Assembly: GCA_017508065.1 (NCBI GenBank)
Contig: JAFVZR010000112.1
Span: forward strand, 1 to 52,313
Source of the DNA: Candidatus Methanomethylophilaceae archaeon
Lineage (GTDB): Archaea > Thermoplasmatota > Thermoplasmata > Methanomassiliicoccales > Methanomethylophilaceae
DNA: 52,313 nt
Direction of reading: 5' to 3'
This document shows, piece by piece, positions 25,885 to 35,375 of this stretch. Each line of letters opens with the position of its first letter. The first letter of the stretch is position 1. The notes below the pieces were generated by a model. It worked only from the letters and a program-made list of their open reading frames with translations. It did no database searches and was not told where the DNA came from. The translations under genes and the position numbers were made by a program.

Positions 25885-25920
25885 AGTCGTAAGAATAAGA
25901 AATAATATGGAGGGGCATAG

Positions 25921-26343
25921 ATGATCGACAATCTTGATAAGCGCATTATCACGATCCTCAAGAAGGATTCGAGATGTCCGTTCGTGGAGATCGCGGACAA
26001 ACTGGGAGTATCCGAGGGTACCATTAGGAGCAGAGTTCACAGGATGGTGGACGATGGGGTCATCTGCGGATTCACGATCAAGACCAGTTCCAAGAACGTA
26101 AAGGCACTGGTGGAGGTCAGGATCGATGTCAACACCGACACCGAGGAGATCGCGAATGAGCTTTCCAGTTACGAAGGGATCATCGAGGTCTTCGAAGTCA
26201 CCGGTGACCAGGATGTTCTGGCAATCATCGATGTGGAGTCCTCGCAGCACCTCAATGAGATTATCGAGAAGATCAGGCGTAATGACAACATCCTCAGTAC
26301 TCGTACTCGTCTGATCCTTAAAGAACACTTTGGAGAGAATTGA
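25921..26343 (+). CDS. Lrp/AsnC-family transcriptional regulator
   Basis: The HTH region is 'LDKRIITILKKDSRCPFVEIADKLGVSEGTIRSRVHRM', and a C-terminal RAM/ACT-like domain follows. Confidence 0.9.
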   Translation: MIDNLDKRIITILKKDSRCPFVEIADKLGVSEGTIRSRVHRMVDDGVICGFTIKTSSKNVKALVEVRIDVNTDTEEIANELSSYEGIIEVFEVTGDQDVLAIIDVESSQHLNEIIEKIRRNDNILSTRTRLILKEHFGEN

Positions 26344-26344
26344 A

Positions 26345-27217
26345 ATGTTCAAGGGAACAGCAACTGCAATCATCACCCCTTTCAAGGATGATGGTTCTAT
26401 CGATGAGGCCAGTCTCAGAAGATTGGTCGATTTCCAGGAAGAGAATGGTGTGACCACGATCGTTCCTGTTGGTTCTACTGGTGAGTCCGCAACTCTGAGT
26501 CATGAGGAGCACATCAGGGTCATCGAGATCGTGGTAGATCAGGCTAAGAAGGCGAAGATCCTCGCCGGTGCTGGAAGTAACTGTACCGCAGAGGCGATCA
26601 AGCTCAGTAAGGCATCCGCAGATCTTGGTGTCGATGGAATCCTGTCAATCTCTCCATATTACATCAAGCCTACACAGGAAGGAATCTATCAGCACTACAA
26701 GGCGATCAGCGAGGCCATCGACGTCCCATTGATCCCCTACAACGTTCCCGGAAGGACCGGAAGCAACATGACCGCTGAGACCACCCTGAGGCTTGCCAAG
26801 CTCCCCAACATCATCGGAATCAAGGAGGCTAGCGGAAACATGTCCCAGGTACAGAAGATCCTGGCTGACAAGCCCAAGAACTTCGAGGTCCTCTGCGGTG
26901 ACGACGGACTCGCGTTCCCTATGATCGCACTCGGTGCGAGCGGAGTCATCTCCGTTGCAGGAAACTGCTGTCCCAGATCCATGTCCCAGATGGTCAACCT
27001 CTGTCTCAAGGAGAAGTTCATCGATGCATCCGCCCTCCACTACAAGATGATGCCTCTGTTCACTCATCTCTTCATCGAATCCAACCCGATCCCGATCAAG
27101 TACGTGATGAAGAGGCTCGGTTATGGAAACGGAAAGCCCAGGCTTCCGCTCACTCCTCTTTCGGCCGAGAACAGGATGATTCTCGACAGGGACATATCCG
27201 ATCTGGGTCTGATCTGA
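26345..27217 (+). CDS. dapA: 4-hydroxy-tetrahydrodipicolinate synthase
   Basis: The motifs 'GTATAIITPF', 'GSTGESATLS', 'PYYIKP' and 'YNVPGRTG' are present. The ATG at 26345 follows GGAGAG, whereas the track start at 26330 is a TTG. Confidence 0.93.
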   Translation: MFKGTATAIITPFKDDGSIDEASLRRLVDFQEENGVTTIVPVGSTGESATLSHEEHIRVIEIVVDQAKKAKILAGAGSNCTAEAIKLSKASADLGVDGILSISPYYIKPTQEGIYQHYKAISEAIDVPLIPYNVPGRTGSNMTAETTLRLAKLPNIIGIKEASGNMSQVQKILADKPKNFEVLCGDDGLAFPMIALGASGVISVAGNCCPRSMSQMVNLCLKEKFIDASALHYKMMPLFTHLFIESNPIPIKYVMKRLGYGNGKPRLPLTPLSAENRMILDRDISDLGLI

Positions 27218-27229
27218 GGAGGGTGGCCG

Positions 27230-28009
27230 ATGGTCAATGTGGTCGTTGCTGGTGCAACGGGTAAGTTGGGAACGATGGTGTGCGATCTGATCGTGGCCTC
27301 CGATGATCTCAAACTCGTCGGAGCCATAGTATCAGCCGAAGGCGGCAATGCAGGTAAGGAGATCTATCCAGGAGTCAAAGCCGTGGCCCCCTCGGAACTC
27401 GACACCATAATGGAAGGCGTGGATGTGTACGTCGACCTCACGACTCCTGATGCTGCCTCCCGCATCATCGACAGGATCCCGGGGTACGGTGCCGCCGTGG
27501 TGCTCGGGACCACTGCTGTCGATACGGCTACATTGGAAAGAATGAAGACCCAGATCTCAAAGAATTCCACATCTGGGTTGATCGCATCCAATTTCTCTCT
27601 TGGTGTGAACGCATTCTACAAGGTATGCGAACTGATGGCCAGGATGTTGTCCGACTACGATATCGAACTCATCGAGACCCATCACAACAAGAAGAAGGAT
27701 GCCCCCTCCGGTACGGCAATCGAGTTGCTGGAAAGGTTGCAGAACGCGACCGGCATCGAGGAGGTCGTGAGGGGTAGGGACGGTGTAACGGGTCCCAGGA
27801 ACAGGGAGATCGGCGTCCATGCAGTGAGAGCTGGGGACATCGTTGGGGATCACACCGTCATTTTTGCAGGTAACATGGAGCGTATTGAGCTGAAGCACAG
27901 TGCGCTATCCAGGGAAGTATTCGCAATCGGATGTGTCAGAGCGATCAGGTGGATCGCAGGCAGGTCAGATGGCATCATACATTCCATGGAGGAGGTGTTA
28001 GAAGTATGA
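27230..28009 (+). CDS. dapB: 4-hydroxy-tetrahydrodipicolinate reductase
   Basis: The motifs 'VVVAGATGKLG' and 'ELIETHHNKKKDAPSGTA' are present. Confidence 0.92.
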   Translation: MVNVVVAGATGKLGTMVCDLIVASDDLKLVGAIVSAEGGNAGKEIYPGVKAVAPSELDTIMEGVDVYVDLTTPDAASRIIDRIPGYGAAVVLGTTAVDTATLERMKTQISKNSTSGLIASNFSLGVNAFYKVCELMARMLSDYDIELIETHHNKKKDAPSGTAIELLERLQNATGIEEVVRGRDGVTGPRNREIGVHAVRAGDIVGDHTVIFAGNMERIELKHSALSREVFAIGCVRAIRWIAGRSDGIIHSMEEVLEV

Positions 28010-29364
28010 TTACAGTTTTGAAGTTCGGTGGTACCAGTGTAGGTTCCACCGAGGCGCTCAAAAGGGTAGCTAACATCATCATTGCGGAGAAGGACGACAA
28101 GGTCGCAGTCGTCTCTGCAATGTCTGGTATCACTAACTTCCTTGTGAGTGCGTTGGAGGATAAGAACGTAGATCTTGAGGACGTGTTCTTCAAGTTCGAG
28201 GAAAGGCACATGAATGTCGCCAAGGAACTCTTCGATGAGGAGCATCTCGCTCTCTTCACCAAGGAGTTCAACGAAAGGTTGGATGAGTTCAAAACACTCG
28301 TCGCGGACAAGGAGAATTGGAGCGACCCGTTCTTCAAGGACAACGTCTCCTCCCAGGGAGAGAGGTTCTCCAGTCTTATGCTGGCACATCTCATATCATC
28401 GATGGGTCACAAGTCCGTTGCACTTACCGCGGAGACCGCGGGGGTCTATGCTGTGGGAAATCCTCTGTCCGGTTCGTGTGACCTGAAGAAGACTTCCATC
28501 GGAATGGGAATGAATGTCAAACCTATCCTGGAGAACGATATCATCCCCATCATCACAGGATTCTACGGAATCAACGAGGACGGAAAGCCATTGACCTTTG
28601 GAAGGGGAGGTTCGGACTACGCCGCTTCCGCAATCGGAAACGCACTCGACGCGGACGTGATCGAGATCTGGACCGATGTCGACGGATTCATGAGTGCAGA
28701 TCCCAGGCTCGTCCCCGATGCTGTCGTCATCGAGGAGATGAACTACAGCGAAGCGGGTGAGCTCGCATACTTCGGTGCGAAGGTCCTTCACCCAAGGACC
28801 ATCGAGCCTGCAAGGATGAAGCACATCCCCGTGAAGATCAAGAACTCGTACAGGCCCGAGAATCCCGGAACCTTGATTCACAATTTCAGGAAGAAGCGCG
28901 ATGAGCTTCTGAAGAGCGTTGCCATGAAGGCAGACCTTTCCATCATCACGATCAGGTCGGGGGAGATCGCATACCGCCCCAAACTCATGGCGAAGGCCAT
29001 GGAGAAGATCGGTGAGGTGGATACAGTCTACGGACTTTCCACATCTTTGTCCACCATGGCATTCCTCGTACACAACAACGATGTCCCTTTGGCACTCAGT
29101 GGACTGAGGGGAATCGACTTCGAAGACCTTGAGGGAATCGACATCAAGAGCGGAGTGACATTAATCTGCGCGGTGGGTGACGACCTCCTCGACAGGAACG
29201 GCTTCTCCGGGGAGGTCTTCGGTGCCATCAAAGATATTGGTGCCAACATAGAGATGATATCTGAAGGAGCCTCAGATGTATCTCTGAACTTCGTGGTCCC
29301 CACGGAGTCAGCTGCGGATGTAATCAAGGTCCTGCACAGCAGGTTCATATCTGGTGGTCAGTGA
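28006..29364 (+). CDS. lysC: Aspartate kinase
   Basis: The motifs 'VLKFGGTSVGS', 'VVSAMSGITN' and 'GRGGSDYAAS' are present, with C-terminal ACT domains. The start overlaps the dapB stop as ATGA. The track's N-terminal extension was rejected. Confidence 0.92.
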   Translation: MITVLKFGGTSVGSTEALKRVANIIIAEKDDKVAVVSAMSGITNFLVSALEDKNVDLEDVFFKFEERHMNVAKELFDEEHLALFTKEFNERLDEFKTLVADKENWSDPFFKDNVSSQGERFSSLMLAHLISSMGHKSVALTAETAGVYAVGNPLSGSCDLKKTSIGMGMNVKPILENDIIPIITGFYGINEDGKPLTFGRGGSDYAASAIGNALDADVIEIWTDVDGFMSADPRLVPDAVVIEEMNYSEAGELAYFGAKVLHPRTIEPARMKHIPVKIKNSYRPENPGTLIHNFRKKRDELLKSVAMKADLSIITIRSGEIAYRPKLMAKAMEKIGEVDTVYGLSTSLSTMAFLVHNNDVPLALSGLRGIDFEDLEGIDIKSGVTLICAVGDDLLDRNGFSGEVFGAIKDIGANIEMISEGASDVSLNFVVPTESAADVIKVLHSRFISGGQ

Positions 29365-30623
29365 TGAGGGACTACGAGAACAACAAGGGTACGATGATGA
29401 TCGACGGAGTCTCATCCGTAGATATCGCCAACAAGTTCGGTACGCCCGTGTATGTGACCGACGAACAGATCGTCAGGGAGAACTATCGCAACATCTACAA
29501 CGCATTCGCACAGTACATGCCGACCGAGGTCCACTATGCATGTAAGGCCAACACCAATCTGGCCATCCTCAGCATCCTGAACCAGGAGGGAAGTCACATC
29601 GATGCGGTGTCCATCGGAGAGGTTCTCACCTGTCTCAAAGCAGGATTCCCTGCTGAGAGGATCATGTACACCGGTGTGAACGTTTCCGACGAGGAACTGG
29701 CCCAGGTCGTTCAGACTGGATGTAGAATCAACCTCGATTCCAGATCCGAATTGGAGAGGCTTGCCAAGATCACCACCGATATTCCAATATCCTTCAGGAT
29801 CACGCCCGGTGTGGCCTCCGGTCACAGCGAGAAGGTCATGACCGGTGGAAAGGGTTCCAAGTTCGGAATCCCAATGAACCAGGTCATTGACACATATGCA
29901 AGGGCGAAGGACCTTGGATTCGATGTCAAGGGTATCCATGCACACACCGGTTCCGGAGGAATGACGACCGATCCGTTCACCGATGTGGTCGATGTCCTCT
30001 GTGAGATGGTCAACAGGATCGAGGAGGAGGTCAACATAAAGTTGGAGTTCCTCGACTTCGGCGGAGGAATAGGGGTGCCCTACAGGCCTCACGATCCTGA
30101 AGCGGACCTCAATGAACTCGCGATCCTGATCACTGACACGATCCAGGAGGAAACGGACATCAAGACCGTCGCATTGGAACCCGGAAGGTTCATCGTTTGC
30201 GATTCCACCGTCCTTCTTACCAAGTGTGTGGACATCAAGGAAGCCGGAATGAAGAAGTTCGTTGGTGTCGATGCAGGATTCAACACTCTCATCAGGCCTG
30301 CCTTGTACGATTCGTACCATTATGTCGCTGTTGCCAACAAGTTCAACAAGGCAGGTGTGGCGAAGTACGAGGTCGTCGGCCCGATTTGCAAGTCCGGAGA
30401 CTATATCGCACACGATCGCGCACTTCCGGAGATGGAGGAGGGCGATATCGTCGCTGTCTATTGCGGCGGAGCATACGGGTTCTCCATGTCCAGCAATTAT
30501 AACTCTCGTCCTAGGTGTGCAGAGGTCCTCGTCAACAACGGGGAGGCCGAACTCATCAGGGAAAGGGAGGATTTCGAGGACCTTTGGAGACACCAGATTG
30601 TCCCTGCAAGGCTTTCCAAGTGA
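29364..30623 (+). CDS. lysA: Diaminopimelate decarboxylase
   Basis: The motifs 'GTPVYVTDE', 'HYACKAN' (PLP Lys), 'HAHTGSG', 'EPGRFIV' and 'GAYGFSMSSNYN' are present. A GTG at 29361 is an alternative start. Confidence 0.93.
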   Translation: MRDYENNKGTMMIDGVSSVDIANKFGTPVYVTDEQIVRENYRNIYNAFAQYMPTEVHYACKANTNLAILSILNQEGSHIDAVSIGEVLTCLKAGFPAERIMYTGVNVSDEELAQVVQTGCRINLDSRSELERLAKITTDIPISFRITPGVASGHSEKVMTGGKGSKFGIPMNQVIDTYARAKDLGFDVKGIHAHTGSGGMTTDPFTDVVDVLCEMVNRIEEEVNIKLEFLDFGGGIGVPYRPHDPEADLNELAILITDTIQEETDIKTVALEPGRFIVCDSTVLLTKCVDIKEAGMKKFVGVDAGFNTLIRPALYDSYHYVAVANKFNKAGVAKYEVVGPICKSGDYIAHDRALPEMEEGDIVAVYCGGAYGFSMSSNYNSRPRCAEVLVNNGEAELIREREDFEDLWRHQIVPARLSK

Positions 30624-30637
30624 TCAGTCTACAAAAC

Positions 30638-30690
30638 GATGTGGTTCGCCACATCCTTACCTCGGGTAAATCCGAGGATTTTTTATTTCT
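30638..30690 (+). terminator. Tandem hairpins plus a T-tract ending the lysine operon
   Basis: GATGTGG-TTCG-CCACATC is followed by CCTCGG-GTAAAT-CCGAGG and then ATTTTTTATTTCT. Confidence 0.55.
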
Positions 30691-30702
30691 TGCACCTTAT
30701 TT

Positions 30703-31110
30703 ATGTTCGCGATGAGATCGTTCAACTACGTTCCAATATTCCCCATGATCTGGGCAGTATATTGTGCATTCAATATCATCACCAATTATCGTTATTACAT
30801 GGCAACACAGGAGGGACGCGTCCTTCTGTTCCTGTTCGCAATAATGATGGTCCTGTGTGCATTCCTGACATTGTATCTCATCAGACCAAAGTTCTTGGTA
30901 AAGTTCATTCAAAAGATCTCTCCCGGGCGCCATTGTCCGCATTGTTATGGTAGGATGGAGAAAGGTTCTCACTTCTGTGCCAAGTGCGGTATGATCATTG
31001 ATGACTCCACCGAGTGCACTGCAATGGTGAAATGCGGTCGTTGCGGGGAGAAGGTCGCCGATACGAGTCAGGAATTCTGCCCTCGTTGTGGTAACTTGTT
31101 AAAAAAGTGA
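30703..31110 (+). CDS. Membrane protein with C-terminal double zinc ribbons
   Basis: There are two or three N-terminal TM helices. The C-terminus carries 'CPHCYG...CAKCG' and 'CGRCG...CPRCG'. Confidence 0.6.
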   Translation: MFAMRSFNYVPIFPMIWAVYCAFNIITNYRYYMATQEGRVLLFLFAIMMVLCAFLTLYLIRPKFLVKFIQKISPGRHCPHCYGRMEKGSHFCAKCGMIIDDSTECTAMVKCGRCGEKVADTSQEFCPRCGNLLKK

Positions 31111-31115
31111 AATTA

Positions 31116-31129
31116 GGGGCAAATGCCCC
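31116..31129. terminator. Hairpin between convergent genes (the zinc-ribbon gene and pgk)
   Basis: GGGGC-AAAT-GCCCC is flanked by A/T-rich runs on both strands. Confidence 0.45.
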
Positions 31130-31138
31130 ATTTATTGT

Positions 31139-32362
31139 TCAGAGGTTCTTGAAGGAGTATCTCAGAGCGTCGATGACGGGAAGAGGCTCTCCGAGCAAGA
31201 ATGTCTCGAGTGCCCCTCCTCCGGTACTGACGTAGGAGAATCTGTCGGTGAAGTCGAACCTGTCTGCTGCTCCGACGGTGTGACCTCCTCCGATGACGGA
31301 CTGTCCCTCGGACTCGATCATCGCACTCATGATCTCATAGGTTCCCTCACCGAATCCATCCTTCTCGTACATTCCTGCGGGTCCGGACATGAAACAGGTC
31401 TTGGATGCCAACAGGATCTTACGGAACTTCTCGATTGATTCGTCACCGATATCGAGTGCAGGCTCTGCGCTCGGAAGGTCTCCGATAAGTACGGAGACGC
31501 GCTTTCCGTCACGCTCGACCGCAACATCCGTTGGAAGGATGATGCGCTCGCTGTACTTCGACATGATGTCCTTTGCGGCCTGAAGGTTCTCGGGCGTGAG
31601 TTCCTCCTGAAGGACCTTGAGCGAAGCCTCTCCGATGTCGACTCCTCTGGCATAGAGGAATGCGTTTCCTGCGAGACCGACCAGGATGACCTTGTCCGCC
31701 ATTCCGCTTCCAAGGACATGATCGATCATATCTGAAGCATCGCCGAACTTCGCTCCACCGAGGATGAACACGGATGGGCGACGGGGGTCGTCGAAAATGG
31801 CATTGAGTGCGAACAATTCCTTTGCCATGAGCCTTCCGGATGCGGAAGGTACTCTTGGTGCGAATCCGACCAGTGAACACTGGGAACGGTGTGCTGCTCC
31901 GAATGCGTCACAGACATAGATGTCGATCAGAGGTGCGAGCTTGTCCACCATCTCCGCCTTGGAGTGACCGATCATGTCGAGTTTAGCAGTTTCCTCATCG
32001 ATGGCCCTGACGTTTCCGAGAAGGAGGACCTCCCCTGCGGAAAGTGCCTTGATGGCGTTCTGTGCATCTTCTCCCATCACGTCGTCGACGTACTTCACGG
32101 GGCTGTTGAGGTGCCTTGCGAGCCTCTCAGCGTGCTGATCGAGGGGGGTGAAGTCCCATTTGCCCTTCCTGCTCTGGTGGGCGAGGATGACGAGTTTGGC
32201 CCCCTTTCCCATGAGTTCCCTGACGGTGGGGATGACCCTTCTGATCCTGGAATCGTTGATGATCTTCAGAGTGGCCTTGTCCATAGGACAGTTGATGTCC
32301 ACCCTGAGAAGAACGGTCTTGTTCTTGAAGTTGAAGTCCTCTAACGTGTGGAAGTCCTTCAT
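31139..32362 (-). CDS. pgk: Phosphoglycerate kinase (archaeal)
   Basis: The protein starts 'MKDFHTLEDFNFKNKTVLLRVDINCPMD' and shows 'ILAHQSRKG' and 'STGGGA'. The track's 30-codon extension would overlap gap and was rejected. Confidence 0.92.
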   Translation of the reverse strand: MKDFHTLEDFNFKNKTVLLRVDINCPMDKATLKIINDSRIRRVIPTVRELMGKGAKLVILAHQSRKGKWDFTPLDQHAERLARHLNSPVKYVDDVMGEDAQNAIKALSAGEVLLLGNVRAIDEETAKLDMIGHSKAEMVDKLAPLIDIYVCDAFGAAHRSQCSLVGFAPRVPSASGRLMAKELFALNAIFDDPRRPSVFILGGAKFGDASDMIDHVLGSGMADKVILVGLAGNAFLYARGVDIGEASLKVLQEELTPENLQAAKDIMSKYSERIILPTDVAVERDGKRVSVLIGDLPSAEPALDIGDESIEKFRKILLASKTCFMSGPAGMYEKDGFGEGTYEIMSAMIESEGQSVIGGGHTVGAADRFDFTDRFSYVSTGGGALETFLLGEPLPVIDALRYSFKNL

Positions 32363-32373
32363 GGAAACCCCTC

Positions 32374-33381
32374 TCAGAGTCCCATGGACCTGTCGGTCTT
32401 CTCCATGGATTTTGCGGGGTCGGCCTCGAGCTTGCACATGGATCTGATACAATCGATGTTCTCGGGGATGACGTCGCTCTCCTGGTTGACTGCCTGGTAG
32501 AAGTACAGGGTGTTTCCGACGACCTTGATTCCCTCTTCCCAGACGACAATCTCGAACATGTCTCCGCGGCTGCGTCCGAGCTCGCGTGCAAGGTCCATGA
32601 TCTGTGCGGTGGACTTCACGCCGTCCTTGTTCTTGACCATCATGACACGGGGGCAGTTCCTGATGACCTCCTTGATCTCTTCGGTGGTAGCCTCCTTTTC
32701 GAGCTCTACGACGATGGTGTGGACGTGCATAAGGGTGGTAGGGACCTTCACCGCCATGGTGCTGATGTTGAGCCAGGGCATGATGCTCTGTACATCGGGT
32801 CCGTGGTGGGTCGGGAGTTTGACGACAGGTTCGATGGCGTTGATGGGGCCGTTCTTGCTGTCGTTGGGGTCGGCACTCCTCCTGATGAGGGTGACGAATG
32901 CATTCTTGATCTTGAAGTTCTCATCGATCTTGTAGAGTGTCCTGAGCAGACCGGTCGTATTACAGGAAACGACACGGGAGAACTGTGCACCCCAGGATTC
33001 CTTGTAGTTCGCGGTCGCGTTGAAGGAGATTCCAGTGAGTCCGTGGTCCTCTCCTCCCTGCCAGATGGCTTTCTTTCCGGCGGCTGCGTATTTCGCCTTG
33101 TATTCCTCTGCGAGTTTTCCGGGGGTACAGTCGACGATGATGTCCGCGGCTTCGATCATGTCCTCAACGGTACCTGCGACGGGCACGCCTGCTGCCTCGA
33201 ATGCCTCCAGGCTCTCCTTGGGAACGTACACGGGGTAGCCCTTCTTGACTGCGTCCTTAGCCTCGTAGGTCGGACGAGTCTTGGTGATTCCAACGATCTC
33301 CATATCGTCCTGCTGGTTGACTGCGGTTGCGACCCTTTTACCGATTGTTCCGTATCCGTTGATTCCTACCTTGACCTTCAT
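32374..33381 (-). CDS. gap: Glyceraldehyde-3-phosphate dehydrogenase, archaeal type II
   Basis: The motifs 'MKVKVGINGYGTIGKRVA', 'VSCNTTGL' (catalytic Cys) and 'PTTLMHVH' are present. Confidence 0.92.
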   Translation of the reverse strand: MKVKVGINGYGTIGKRVATAVNQQDDMEIVGITKTRPTYEAKDAVKKGYPVYVPKESLEAFEAAGVPVAGTVEDMIEAADIIVDCTPGKLAEEYKAKYAAAGKKAIWQGGEDHGLTGISFNATANYKESWGAQFSRVVSCNTTGLLRTLYKIDENFKIKNAFVTLIRRSADPNDSKNGPINAIEPVVKLPTHHGPDVQSIMPWLNISTMAVKVPTTLMHVHTIVVELEKEATTEEIKEVIRNCPRVMMVKNKDGVKSTAQIMDLARELGRSRGDMFEIVVWEEGIKVVGNTLYFYQAVNQESDVIPENIDCIRSMCKLEADPAKSMEKTDRSMGL

Positions 33382-33588
33382 CAGGCTCACCTTTATAGAA
33401 GAAGGATGGGAGGACACTATAATTAATGTTGTCCTGGCGGGATTTCCCGTATCTGAAAAATAGAGGGGGTGTTCGCCGTTAACTGGTCAGTTCGAATTTC
33501 AGATTGTTCTGTTATTCAATCCAATCGCACGCCAAACGTCGGCACGCTATTATATTCGGGCTGTGTTGTAAAAGGCCGAGGCAAGAAA

Positions 33589-35259
33589 ATGAAAGGCTCA
33601 AAAGCACTGCTCAACATGTTGGCGGACAGGGGGGTCGAGAAGATCTTCGGCTACCCTGGAGGACAGGTCATCCCGATCTTCGACGAGATTCTCGATTCGT
33701 CGGTCGAGAACGTTCTCGTACGTCATGAACAGTGTGCAGCGCACATGGCTGATGGTTTCTCAAGAGCCAGCGGTAGGACAGGAGTCTGTCTCGCTACCAG
33801 CGGCCCCGGTGCCACCAATCTCGTTACCGGTGTCGCGACCGCGTATGCGGACTCCGTGCCGATGATGGTCCTCACCGGACAGGTCGCTTCCAGCGTCCTG
33901 GGTATGGGAGCGTTCCAGGAAGTAGATGCATTCAGCCTCATGATGCCAGTCACCAAGTACAACTACAGGGTATTGGAACTGTCCCAGCTCCCTAAAGCGA
34001 TGGATGTGGGATGGAAACTTGCCAGGGCAGGACGTCCCGGACCTGTCCATGTGGACCTCCCAATCGATTCCATCAATTCGGACATCGACGAAGGACTCCT
34101 CACCTGTAATTTCAATGTACCCAATGCCGGCAGCGATCTTTCCAATATCCCTGCAGCTACCGAACTCATCCGTGCTGCCAGGTCCCCTGTGATCCTTGCG
34201 GGAGGCGGAGTCATCAGCTCCGATACGAGCGATGATGTGGTCAAATTCGCGGAGATGATCGGTGCACCCGTCATCACACCTATGATGGGAGTCGGTTGCA
34301 TCCCGTATGATCACCCATTATCCCTCGGACCTCTGGGTATGCACGGAAGGATGTCCGCACTGGATGCCATAAAGAGCGCCGATCTCCTCATCGTGCTCGG
34401 TGCCAGGTTCTCCGACAGGACATACAGTAAACGCACATCCATCAATCCTGGTTGTAAGATCATCCATGTCGATATAGACAGTACAGAGTTCGACAAGCGT
34501 GTTCCGGCGACGCTCAACATCCGTGCGGACCTCAGGGACGCGATCGGAGAGATGATGCGCCATCTGGGTCCTTTCGTTCCAAAGGACGAGTGGGCCGTTC
34601 AGGTGGCAGGATTCAAGGCCAAGTGTGCAGGATGCAACATCGAACTCCCAAACGATCCGATCGCACCTCAGAGGGTCATGCACGAGATCAACAAGGTCCT
34701 CGACGACAACACCATCATCACCACCGATGTGGGACAGAACCAGATGTGGGCGATGCATCATCTCAGAATCAATAGGCCCAGGCAGTTCATCTCCTCCGGA
34801 AGTCTCGGAACCATGGGATTCGGATTGCCCTCCGCACTCGGTGCAAAGGTTGCATGTCCCGAGAAGAAGGTCATGACCATCACCGGTGACGGAGGTCTGC
34901 TCATGGTCATCCAGGAACTCGCTACCGCTGTGGCCGAGGACATCCCTGTCGTCATCTGTCTCCTCAACAACGGATGGCTGGGTATGGTCAAACAGTGGCA
35001 GAAGCTCTTCTGGGACAAGAGGTATTCCTCGACCAGGCTCTACGATTCCAATCCCGACTTCGTCAAGTTGGCGGAGGCGTTCGGTGCGAAAGGTATCAGG
35101 GTGGAGAGGCCGGGGGAGATCGCCGATGCATTGAGACAAGCTTTCGCATCCGATAGGCCCTGTCTTGTGGACATCATCTGCGATCCCGAGGAGGACATGC
35201 TCCCGATGATTCCCAACAATCCCGCACAGCAGATCGTCAGGGGACGTTGCCAGTATTGA
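33589..35259 (+). CDS. ilvB: Acetolactate synthase large (catalytic) subunit, ThDP-dependent
   Basis: The motifs 'GVEKIFGYPGG', 'HEQCAAHMADGFSRASG' and 'GSLGTMGFGLPSALGAK...GDGG' (ThDP motif) are present. The start is taken at MKGSKALL, and the track extension was rejected. Confidence 0.9.
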   Translation: MKGSKALLNMLADRGVEKIFGYPGGQVIPIFDEILDSSVENVLVRHEQCAAHMADGFSRASGRTGVCLATSGPGATNLVTGVATAYADSVPMMVLTGQVASSVLGMGAFQEVDAFSLMMPVTKYNYRVLELSQLPKAMDVGWKLARAGRPGPVHVDLPIDSINSDIDEGLLTCNFNVPNAGSDLSNIPAATELIRAARSPVILAGGGVISSDTSDDVVKFAEMIGAPVITPMMGVGCIPYDHPLSLGPLGMHGRMSALDAIKSADLLIVLGARFSDRTYSKRTSINPGCKIIHVDIDSTEFDKRVPATLNIRADLRDAIGEMMRHLGPFVPKDEWAVQVAGFKAKCAGCNIELPNDPIAPQRVMHEINKVLDDNTIITTDVGQNQMWAMHHLRINRPRQFISSGSLGTMGFGLPSALGAKVACPEKKVMTITGDGGLLMVIQELATAVAEDIPVVICLLNNGWLGMVKQWQKLFWDKRYSSTRLYDSNPDFVKLAEAFGAKGIRVERPGEIADALRQAFASDRPCLVDIICDPEEDMLPMIPNNPAQQIVRGRCQY

Positions 35260-35375
35260 ACTGGCACGTAAACCGTTTTCAAACCATTCTTTGATTTTTT
35301 CCTCTTATGTCGTGCGTGCACGCGATACCTATAAAGGTAAGCTAAAGATAACACGGTCAAAGGAAAGGTGCAACA

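Noticed and set aside
25852-26457. A 201-aa minus-strand ORF spanning the lrp gene and its promoter.
   Set aside because: It is antisense to a clear Lrp/AsnC gene and runs through the AT-rich promoter. It has no recognisable motifs.
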